This document shows positions 18,701-27,912 of a stretch of 45,216 nt of DNA, in pieces; positions within the stretch are counted from its first letter, which is position 1, and each line of letters begins with the position of its first letter. The notes under the pieces are model-generated. The model did not search any database. It was given only the letters and a program-made list of their open reading frames with translations, and was not told the origin of the DNA. The stretch is taken from contig CAZCME010000013.1 of assembly GCA_964499705.1 (NCBI GenBank), positions 1 through 45,216 of the forward strand, given 5' to 3'. The position numbers and the translations under genes are program-made. Source of the stretch: an uncultured bacterium. GTDB taxonomy: Bacteria; UBA8481.

Positions 18701-19086
18701 AAGGCTCGCGCGTTGCTGTTGTCGATGACGACAACCCGGTACACATAGCGCTGCTCCCCGGACCAGACGTACACTTCCGTCGTCGCAACGCCGATCTCCG
18801 TCGCTGCGGCCGCTCCGCCGAAACCTCCGAAGAAGGCCGCCAGCGAAGGCTGCCCCTGGACGAGAACTTCCGTCGGCGAAATGACGCGCACATCCACGAC
18901 GTTCGGATTCCCGACGGCAACCTTCGCCAGGTTGGGAACCGTGATGATGAAAGAATTGTTCACGGAGACATACACGTCGGGGATATCGCGTGTCGGCCTG
19001 GAAGGATTGGCCGATGATAGTTGCTGCGCCGCGCCGGACAGGGCAAAGCTTGCCATCAGGATGAGCAGCGCGAGAGTTTTCTTCAT
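15721..19086 (-). CDS. outer-membrane secretin of the Tad cluster (CpaC/RcpA-like N-terminus, very long)
   Basis: Signal peptide; VAVGNPNVVDV..T.VYVW pilus-formation N domain; C-terminal core QVLIEAKFVEI, VLSSPRIVTVNNQ, KVPILGDIPWLGKLF. Confidence 0.92.
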   Translation of the reverse strand: MKKTLALLILMASFALSGAAQQLSSANPSRPTRDIPDVYVSVNNSFIITVPNLAKVAVGNPNVVDVRVISPTEVLVQGQPSLAAFFGGFGGAAAATEIGVATTEVYVWSGEQRYVYRVVVIDNSNARAFPIGVTRIDVEPNRVILHGQTSDMARTIAQAEQIFQSRGIKYELKVNTAPTASRLFRGLQVDTALIEKAIERGYVIEGMSLEEVRQSQKTMPPVLRTEMRDSVPVDIYRFPAVDIVVDEGTVIEVRARDLAREDVIAAAIENHLILEGMTIAEMEQSIGKPSSPPTAQAEGGAIVYTYSYPLMRVRVRDGRIIEIQSTSPTMPLEGPPTGQRMPLVRIGGTEFVGRAYRFKYITGADIVSVLSQLNASGAGLNYRTVGYSDEGSLMIYADTGTIAFIDNVVAFTDRPKPQSLITIDSSVYTVPGQRVFDPTLGIMVTQPARQVGFLIGRFSPMIDDDRRRAIIDELRAAVARLPEVPNQTPLSLAFEGGTLTMNGPPEQVALLQKTLLDMLPRYIDADVLQALEERVLLTGMTRAQVEAALGYALDTTPLRTIENGDLYLSYDLGNRMLRFRQDVLTEIQMYPGSDDVRNAILRKQLTPNLLRSDVEKILGDRPLRVTANADGTQTVKYDFGDALYFHDRLIRFDNLAGSEIVRRGVSVAVPYASGTEFQMLTPEEQLTVIEGGSVMQGMTERDVARVLGGAPFAIRPGDRSNEKVYTYSEYVITFRDGVVVDVRQTGDNSPRIITMKSRGAADIANLIGRAYPDVPGLSITLDSVSNRLIIRAPNDRFAEIERFAKTMDQGAIQQVLIEAKFVEINRTIIKQLGIDWGLSTVNQTTGNRPFAGYSPSGSASAITGDPADPLGTTNPILGNGILFGMLGARSFNLNGMRFSNIDVLINALESSNDAEVLSSPRIVTVNNQSARLQSIDRVFDISTTTTVTDGGGISTSTEATPVDIGITLDVNPTIGQNGIISLDLEAIVSRPNGEPREFGEGTSTFTVVNNVSERNARTRVMVRSGTPLVIGGLSSRAKTGAASKVPILGDIPWLGKLFQSDQNTVQDVDLLIFLTTRVIPADGTISEVDQVVGGPRTDIPNPAPTVTKPSSTAATPATAGR

Positions 19087-20024
19087 CGCGGATTCAACGT
19101 TCCCAGGGATCCATCCGTGACCGGGTCAAATCCCGTGCGGAATCCGGATCGCGTCGCCAGGTAAACCTCGATGTTATGCGGTTCCCGGAGGAAGCCCTTG
19201 CCGAAAAGCCCTTCGTCCGTCGTGCCGCTCGTCCTGGCCAGCACGTCATTCAAGGGGGAACGCAGGGCGCAGACGAGCCGCGCGCCGGATGCCTCCGCCC
19301 AGATGAGTCGCTCCGCTTCGTGCGGATAGACCGAGAGCGTAAAGCCCGTCGGAGGAGGAACGGCGGATGTGTCGCCGGGAGGACGCGGCGTGATTTCTCC
19401 GCCCAGCGCGACAATCCTGGCGTTCTGGACGAAGATCTTCGTGTACTGAGTCGTGCCGCCCATCCGGCGATTGACGTAGAAGTTTCCGATGATGTCGACG
19501 ACGTCGCCGAGATTGACGAGGCCGTTAACGGCGGAGAGAGGATCGTAGCGGAGCGCGATGGCGCGCTTGTATTTCGGAATGAGGTAGGAAAGCTGAGGTC
19601 GACCGGTGTAGACCATCTGCTCCACAAGGTAGTCGCCCGCCTTGATCTCCACCTGGTTGATATGTCCCGTGATCTTGGCGCGGTCGGCTTCCAGAACCAC
19701 CGCGTCGGGCGCCTCTCCCCGAGCGGCCACTTCCTTGACATCCACCATCTCGTCCTTGATGAGCGTGTTGGGCGGAATAATCGACTTGGAAATGAGAACC
19801 TTCTTGTGGGAACCGGGAAAGCGCTTGGGATCGTTGATATCCGTGCCTGCCGCCTGCTCCGCCACGTCGGTATGACCGTCGCCGTCGGTGTCTTTCTTGA
19901 GGGCCGCTTCGGCTTCCGCCTGGGGATTGCTTTCAGACCGGAACAGTTTGAAGTAGGCGGCGACAGAACCCACCACGAGAAGGACCAGTACAATGCCGAC
20001 AATAAGCAGCACTCGAGGATTCAT
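19083..20024 (-). CDS. cpaB: Flp pilus assembly protein CpaB/RcpC
   Basis: TM segment, SAF-like domain (VLISKSIIPPNTLIKDEMV), KRAIAL..AVNGLVNLGDVVDII and TLSVYPHEAERL. Confidence 0.9.
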   Translation of the reverse strand: MNPRVLLIVGIVLVLLVVGSVAAYFKLFRSESNPQAEAEAALKKDTDGDGHTDVAEQAAGTDINDPKRFPGSHKKVLISKSIIPPNTLIKDEMVDVKEVAARGEAPDAVVLEADRAKITGHINQVEIKAGDYLVEQMVYTGRPQLSYLIPKYKRAIALRYDPLSAVNGLVNLGDVVDIIGNFYVNRRMGGTTQYTKIFVQNARIVALGGEITPRPPGDTSAVPPPTGFTLSVYPHEAERLIWAEASGARLVCALRSPLNDVLARTSGTTDEGLFGKGFLREPHNIEVYLATRSGFRTGFDPVTDGSLGTLNPR

Positions 20025-20112
20025 GCTAGAGGCTCACGGTCGTGAAATTGGCCATACGCAAGAGCATCGGCCGTTCCCGCGCGATCTGAAATCAAAAAAA
20101 TCATGAATTCCC

Positions 20113-20928
20113 TCATTTAAACGTGTACCGCGGCGTTCCGCCCTTTAAGAGACCGAAATTCGCATCGGCCGGGAGCTGCGTCTTGATCTCACCGGAAACC
20201 ATCTTCCTGATAAATCGGCCCGTAATCCTGCCCTCCTGGTCAAGGCCTTCCGCATCCAGAGCGGCAAAGCCCTTCACGGGAGCGGCATTGTCCTCGAATT
20301 CGCCCAATATAACCACAACCGCTTCTTGTGGAGAAGCATAATTTTCAAAGCTCGACATCGGTTCCAGCACCGCCTTCTGGCCAACCACCAGGTTGGCTGG
20401 TCCCTTGATGCGATACGCTTTCACCGCGTAATCGGGAACATCTGTATCGCCGGACAGTGAAATGATGACATTCTGACCGACGCTGAATCCCTCGTAACCC
20501 TTGATGGCGAACCCGCATTCCAGCGCTGGATACTCTTCTACCGGGCCTCCACCGTCGAGTTCGACCGAAACGCTTTTCTTCGCCTGGAATTGCATCTTGG
20601 GATTTCCCACGATCCAGGCAAAATAGGCGGTCGCTTCCGCGTTGACGTAAATCTCAAGGGAATAGCCATCCGGCGCGACCGTGACACTTCCATCACTGAC
20701 CGGAAGTCCCCGCTTCTCAAGCTCCACGATCGCCGCCTGTCGCGCTTCACGTGGTCGGAACGGCAGATACTTGGCCGCGATTCCCGCGACATCCGCGACT
20801 TCGAATTCCAGGTTCTTCCGGCGCGCATAGGATTGCCAGACATCGAAGAAGAGGCCGGCCAGCAGCAGAACGCCCAGTCCGCCACCGATGAGCCAAGTAG
20901 GTTTGACTTCCTGTCCGCCGATCCTCAT
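20113..20928 (-). CDS. TadG-like pilus-associated protein
   Basis: Hydrophobic helix then FDV..SY.RRKNLE..VADVAGIAA..LP, resembling the Tad/TadG N-terminal motif; first gene of the tad cluster. Confidence 0.6.
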   Translation of the reverse strand: MRIGGQEVKPTWLIGGGLGVLLLAGLFFDVWQSYARRKNLEFEVADVAGIAAKYLPFRPREARQAAIVELEKRGLPVSDGSVTVAPDGYSLEIYVNAEATAYFAWIVGNPKMQFQAKKSVSVELDGGGPVEEYPALECGFAIKGYEGFSVGQNVIISLSGDTDVPDYAVKAYRIKGPANLVVGQKAVLEPMSSFENYASPQEAVVVILGEFEDNAAPVKGFAALDAEGLDQEGRITGRFIRKMVSGEIKTQLPADANFGLLKGGTPRYTFK

Positions 20929-21236
20929 TCGATCTTCCAGTCCTTTTTCCCGGTGCCACTGACAAAAGGCACCGAGCAGCAATCAATGCGACATGCGCAC
21001 CCTCCCAGCCCATGGGCGTCCCGACATAGGCTGTCCCGGCCTAATTTAGTGGAGAACCTGTGGAAAAATCAAGTGGTTCAACTGTTTTTTTTTCAGGCCT
21101 TGAAATCTGCATTTCCTGTCTTTAAGAACCTGAGCAAAGGTTCGGCTCCTCCGGCTTGACACTTCCTCGAAAAAGGCGGCTTCGCGGCGCGGTCCACAAA
21201 ATTTCGCGACTTTCGATGCGACCACCCGCAAGTGTT

Positions 21237-22988
21237 TCAGTTCGTTCTTACGAGAATCACGTCCTCGTTCCTTAAAATAATCTCCGCGCCGGGACAGGAA
21301 AGTATGTATTTCAGATCTCGATCCTGCATTCCTTCAGGAAGACCTTGGTAGCGCGAATGGTGCAGGACAAAATACTTCAGCTTGATGCGCCGGAATTCCG
21401 CGGCCATCGCAGTTGTATCGGGAATCGCGGCAACGTCGTTCACGAGGGGAGAAAGCACGGGCGATGCGAGAAAATATTCGAAGTGCGCGCGCGTCAAAGC
21501 CGTGTGAGATATCGGTCCGCCGAGGGAGCGTTTGCCGTGCAGCGTCTGAAGCCAGCCTCTTTCGTCAGGATCCGCGGATCGCCACCATTCGCTGGAATCG
21601 GTGGAGATCTTCAGGGGCAGATCCATGACGGCGCAGTCGTCCGGATCCTTTGCGATGACGCGGCAATACTCCGGATCGGGCGGAAGCGTCATCTCCATCG
21701 GAGCATTCCAGTATTCCAGAACGACGAGAACGAGGAGAGGAGCAAGGAGAACGCGGTGTTCGCGCGCCAGTCGCGAGGCTCCCATGCCCGCAAGAATCGC
21801 GAGGGGAAGCATGGCGACAGCCAGGTAACGCGCGGGCACGCGCGCGGCGGAAATGACGGGCATGACCTGCAGGAGCGCCTGGGGCATGGGAATCGGCCTG
21901 TCGCCGGGAAGAGTCACGATGCCGGCGACATGGAGCACGGGACCCAAAGACAGGATCAGGAAGCAGGCGCACACGAGGACGAGAAATTTTCTCCGTGTGA
22001 ATTCCCGCGCGCGGGCGCCGACACAGGCCAGGACCATGACGCTGAATCCGAGATAGCCGATATTCTCCCAGCCGGTGAAGCGATCGTAGAGAGGCATGAG
22101 CGGAAACCAGCTCGCGAGAAGTGGATTATGCGGGCTGGGCGTGATGAAGGAAAAAAGGTCAAGCGACTGGTGAATGTTGATCCAGGCCGGGATCTTGAAA
22201 CGGCCAGGCTGATTCGCCTGCCGGAACATGGGAATCAGCCAGGGAGCCGCGCCTGTGCCCGAGGATGCGGCGATCACGGTCCAGCCGATAAGCTTCTCCC
22301 GCATCATGGTCTTGCGGTCGCGAAAGAAAATGTCATTCATGAAAAACAGGAGCGCGAGAACGGAGGAGAATAGTCCGTAGTAGATATTCGCGTAGAAGAT
22401 GGCGAGGTATGCGCCGGCAACGCAGACGGCGCGTGCCGGCGTGCGCCGCTCCTGCCACCGCAGGAACGTCCAGAGAAATAATGCGATCCACTGGATGGAG
22501 AGATGCTCCAACTGGTACCGGTGATAGAAGTGGTACGGCGAGAAGGCGAAGATCCAGCCTGCGACAAGCGAGCCCAACGTGTTGCGGGTCAGTTGATACG
22601 CGGCTCCGAAGGCCGCCCATCCCGATAGGACGAACGTCGAGAGAAAGAAGAGGTTGTCCACGGCGGGCAACGGGAGAAAAAACTGCAAAGGAACGGACGC
22701 GAGCGAATTCAGGGGCGATGTCGAGTGATAGTGGAGATCGACGCCGAGCGGCCACCAGGCGTAGTCGCAGAAAAGCGGGCTGGCGTGCAGTGCGACAACG
22801 GCCTGCTTGAACCACCAGAAATTCCAGATCATGATCCAGCTGTCGCCCCGCCCCTGAAAGTGCGTGATGAAATATCCGGCCAATGGGCGAAGAACGACGA
22901 GGGAAGATACTAGAAAGAAGAAGAAGGCGAAGAGATGTGGTCTGTTTCGAATCAGGCTACCGGGCTGCCACGTGCGCGAATGCGGCAA
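21237..22988 (-). CDS. multi-pass membrane protein, probable GT-C fold glycosyltransferase (YfhO-like)
   Basis: GD.W..IWN.WW after TM1, AGWIFAFSPYH, GYLG, LSLGP and RVPARY motifs; many TM helices. Confidence 0.75.
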   Translation of the reverse strand: MPHSRTWQPGSLIRNRPHLFAFFFFLVSSLVVLRPLAGYFITHFQGRGDSWIMIWNFWWFKQAVVALHASPLFCDYAWWPLGVDLHYHSTSPLNSLASVPLQFFLPLPAVDNLFFLSTFVLSGWAAFGAAYQLTRNTLGSLVAGWIFAFSPYHFYHRYQLEHLSIQWIALFLWTFLRWQERRTPARAVCVAGAYLAIFYANIYYGLFSSVLALLFFMNDIFFRDRKTMMREKLIGWTVIAASSGTGAAPWLIPMFRQANQPGRFKIPAWINIHQSLDLFSFITPSPHNPLLASWFPLMPLYDRFTGWENIGYLGFSVMVLACVGARAREFTRRKFLVLVCACFLILSLGPVLHVAGIVTLPGDRPIPMPQALLQVMPVISAARVPARYLAVAMLPLAILAGMGASRLAREHRVLLAPLLVLVVLEYWNAPMEMTLPPDPEYCRVIAKDPDDCAVMDLPLKISTDSSEWWRSADPDERGWLQTLHGKRSLGGPISHTALTRAHFEYFLASPVLSPLVNDVAAIPDTTAMAAEFRRIKLKYFVLHHSRYQGLPEGMQDRDLKYILSCPGAEIILRNEDVILVRTN

Positions 22989-23010
22989 CGTGGCAGCCCG
23001 GCTCCGCGGG

Positions 23011-23322
23011 TTACAGCCCCAGAGAAGCTTTCTTGCCCTCGGCCGTGGGGAGAGGATCCTGGCGTTCCGTGACGTTCACGAGCTCGCCGGAGGCGCACTT
23101 GTCGCGGTTGATCTGGGTCCACTGCTGTTGCTCGGCCGGAACATCGGCTTCCGCGAAGATGGCCTGGACGGGACATTCGGGCACGCACGCGTTGCAATCC
23201 ACGCATTCATCGGGATTGATATAGAGCATCTTGTCGTCGCCGTAGAAGCAGTTGACGGGACAGGCGGTGACGCAATCCGTGAATCGGCAGTCATAACAAT
23301 TTTCCGTGACAACGTAGGCCAT
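23011..23322 (-). CDS. fdxA: 7Fe dicluster ferredoxin (FdxA type)
   Basis: CxxCxxxxCxxxCPxxC and CxDCxxCxxxCP; strong AGGAG SD. Confidence 0.93.
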   Translation of the reverse strand: MAYVVTENCYDCRFTDCVTACPVNCFYGDDKMLYINPDECVDCNACVPECPVQAIFAEADVPAEQQQWTQINRDKCASGELVNVTERQDPLPTAEGKKASLGL

Positions 23323-23384
23323 CGTGGTTCTCCTTTGATTCTTCGAAACTCGGCGCGTCCGCCATTGCTGACGCGCGCAAGCAG

Positions 23385-23435
23385 AGCTTATTTGCCGGCG
23401 GCGCGCATTGTCAAGAGGCAGCGGCAGGATAAAAT
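23385..23435. promoter_or_regulatory. divergent promoters sharing overlapping -35 hexamers
   Basis: Plus strand: TTGTCA(23408-23413)-16-TAAAAT-6-ATG(23442). Minus strand: TTGACA(23414-23409)-18-TAAGCT(23390-23385). Confidence 0.5.
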
Positions 23436-23441
23436 GTGGTC

Positions 23442-24635
23442 ATGCAGACCATCGATACCTCCCCGACGGTATCTCCACTCTTCCGGATCCATCATGCGTT
23501 GTCAGAAATCCCATCGGCGGCGTGGAACGCGCTGCTGGATGAAGATGCGACGCCCTTCCTGCGCTGGGAATGGCTGGAAGCTCTGGAGCAATCCGGCTGC
23601 GTCGGCCCCGGCACGGGCTGGAACGCCGCGCATCTTGCTCTCTACAGATCCGACCGCCTCGTGGCCGCGGCTCCCTGCTATATCCATGAGGAGAGCGACG
23701 GCGACTTTTCCCAGGACTGGAACTGGGCGGATGCGGCCGGAAGAGCGGGGATCCGTTTCTATCCGAAGCTGTGCGTCACCGTGCCGTTCACTCCCGTTTC
23801 CGGACGGAGATTTCTCGTCGCGAGCGACGAAAATCTCCGGGACGCCGTGCGAGAACTTCTTCGCGGCGCCATGAATGCCGCGGAGCGATTCGGATGCGGT
23901 ACCCTCCAGGTGCTGTTCTGCCGCGACGAGGAGTCGCTCATGGCCGCGGATGTGGGATTGGCAAGGAGGATTCATTTCCAGTATCACTGGCGCAACGAAC
24001 GCTACTCCTCCTTCGACGATTTCCTCGCCCGTTTTTCCTCCAAGAAGCGCAACGCCATCAGGCGCGAACGTGCCGCGCCGGATAAGGAGGGAATCCGGAT
24101 CCGGACCGTGCGCGGCGACGAACTCGCGCGGAATCCCTCGGGCTGGGCCGCCACGGCCGATGCGCTGCACAGATCCACCGTCGAAAAGCTCGCCTGGGGC
24201 CGGCGCTGGATCCACCGTGAATTCTATGAGCTCGTCCTGGATCGGATGCCCGACCATGTGGAGATCGTCGTCGCGGAACGGGAGGGAAGAATCATCGCCG
24301 GCGCCTTCAACCTCGCGACGACATCGCGCCTCTTCGGCCGCTATTGGGGGTGCCTGGAAGAACATCCCTTTCTTCATTTCAACGTCTCGCTCTATCATTC
24401 CATCGAGGAATGCATCAGGATGGGCCGGATCGCCTTCGAGCCCGGCGCGGGAGGCGAGCACAAGCTGACGCGCGGATTCGAGCCGGCGGAAACGTTCAGC
24501 GCGCACCACGTCTTCGATGAGCGCGTCGACGTCGCGGTCCGGAAGGCCATCGCGGCGGAAAACGAGGGGCTGGGAGAAGCCTTGAGAAACTGGAAAGAGC
24601 GATCGCCGGTCTTGAAAAAGAGGGAGGCCGCATGA
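23442..24635 (+). CDS. FemAB-like GNAT protein (DUF482 type)
   Basis: PFLRWEWLEALEQSG, YPKL..VPFTPVSG, QYHWRN..Y.SFDDFL, LFGRYWG and FEPGAGGEHKL.RGF. Confidence 0.9.
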   Translation: MQTIDTSPTVSPLFRIHHALSEIPSAAWNALLDEDATPFLRWEWLEALEQSGCVGPGTGWNAAHLALYRSDRLVAAAPCYIHEESDGDFSQDWNWADAAGRAGIRFYPKLCVTVPFTPVSGRRFLVASDENLRDAVRELLRGAMNAAERFGCGTLQVLFCRDEESLMAADVGLARRIHFQYHWRNERYSSFDDFLARFSSKKRNAIRRERAAPDKEGIRIRTVRGDELARNPSGWAATADALHRSTVEKLAWGRRWIHREFYELVLDRMPDHVEIVVAEREGRIIAGAFNLATTSRLFGRYWGCLEEHPFLHFNVSLYHSIEECIRMGRIAFEPGAGGEHKLTRGFEPAETFSAHHVFDERVDVAVRKAIAAENEGLGEALRNWKERSPVLKKREAA

Positions 24636-24970
24636 GAAACGAGATCAGGAGGAACCCTCAGGAAGGCGACGATGACGCCGGTGTCTCGACGATCGATCAG
24701 CCTGATATCCGGACGGAAAAGCCCCGCCTCTACAAGGTGCTCCTTCATAATGACGACTTCACATCGATGGAGTTCGTCGTGGCTGTTTTGATGGAAGTCT
24801 TTCACCACGCGGAAAACGACGCGATGACGATCATGCTCCATGTGCACCACAACGGCATCGGAGTCGCGGGCGTGTATACTTATGAAGTGGCTGAAACCCG
24901 CGTATCGCGCGTCATGGCGATGGCGAAGGAAGCGCAGTTTCCGCTGCTGTGCACGATGGAACCGGAGTAA
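24632..24970 (+). CDS. clpS: ATP-dependent Clp protease adaptor ClpS
   Basis: YKVLLHNDDFTSMEFVV, MLHVH..G, YEVAETR and FPL. Confidence 0.97.
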   Translation: MRNEIRRNPQEGDDDAGVSTIDQPDIRTEKPRLYKVLLHNDDFTSMEFVVAVLMEVFHHAENDAMTIMLHVHHNGIGVAGVYTYEVAETRVSRVMAMAKEAQFPLLCTMEPE

Positions 24971-24979
24971 AATACATTT

Positions 24980-27261
<2,282 letters not shown>

Positions 27262-27265
<4 letters not shown>

Positions 27266-27331
27266 TACGGGGACAGTATACTATTTTCCGTGAATAAATT
27301 CACGGAAAATAGTATACTGTCCCCGTATTAA
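27262..27331. repeat. 70-nt perfect palindromic element, copy 1 (possible bidirectional terminator)
   Basis: 33-bp perfect stem TTAATACGGGGACAGTATACTATTTTCCGTGAA with loop TAAA, at the junction of convergent genes. Confidence 0.95.
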
Positions 27332-27775
27332 CTGCCTCAGGAATTCTGCGGCGGCATCGTGGATGCCGGGGTTCTGGCTTTCGCGGGGGCCTGCGACATT
27401 CAGAATGGCGATCCTCTGCGTGGTCAGCCAGTGGTGGACTCCTTCGACGAGAAATTCGTTCGCGCCTGTCGGATCCACGAGCATGTGGGGCTTCCGGAGC
27501 TTGCGGGCGAGGCGGATCGTGTAGGCCGTTCCGCTGTCGGATGACGGCTGGCCGATGCAGATGATAAGTGTGCCGTCGGAGTCACGGACGTTCCATTCCG
27601 TGCGGACTTCGTAGTTGGCCGAGGGAGTTTCCACAAGCGGGTATCGCTCGGGAATCATGCCATCCTCGCTCCTCCGACCGCCGGGACACCACCCGCCGCA
27701 CTCCACGCCCTGTTCCAGGGCGACATCGAGGGCAGCCCGGTCCACTCCGGTCTGGCCTCCGGATATGATCTTCAC
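27281..27775 (-). CDS. SLOG-superfamily protein (putative molybdenum carrier / cpYpsA family)
   Basis: [36 protein letters not shown] and [12 protein letters not shown] at 27775 is the likely start (ORF open to 27850). Confidence 0.9.
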   Translation of the reverse strand: MKIISGGQTGVDRAALDVALEQGVECGGWCPGGRRSEDGMIPERYPLVETPSANYEVRTEWNVRDSDGTLIICIGQPSSDSGTAYTIRLARKLRKPHMLVDPTGANEFLVEGVHHWLTTQRIAILNVAGPRESQNPGIHDAAAEFLRQLIRGQYTIFREFIHGK

Positions 27776-27912
27776 GCTTTTATCTTCATTCTTGACACCT
27801 TGCTTCGGTATTGTAGCATTTGCGTCCGACTTTGAGGTCTCGTCAGGCAAGCCTGTTCGGGTAATCCTGCGCTTCAGGTCAAAAATCGCTTCACAGAGGA
27901 ACGCGTTTTTCG

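Noticed and set aside
20040-20075. sigma54 promoter upstream of cpaB
   Set aside because: The GG-to-GC spacing is 11 nt rather than the required 10.
20940-21045. Possible c-di-GMP riboswitch in the tad leader (GGGACGC, and a CGGTGCC/GGCACCG hairpin next to the RBS)
   Set aside because: It lacks the GGCAAAC, GNRA loop and GCAAAGC elements of class I. Only a 7-9 bp hairpin is supportable; an Rfam scan would settle it.
21059-21067. DnaA-box match (TTTTCCACA, minus strand) upstream of the tad cluster
   Set aside because: It is a single box, and the same 9-mer occurs inside tadB and the secretin gene, so chance is likely. No oriC context.
27281-27775. SLOG protein as part of an anti-phage or nucleotide-signalling system
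   Set aside because: It stands alone, with no effector, TIR, sirtuin or nucleotidyltransferase neighbour.
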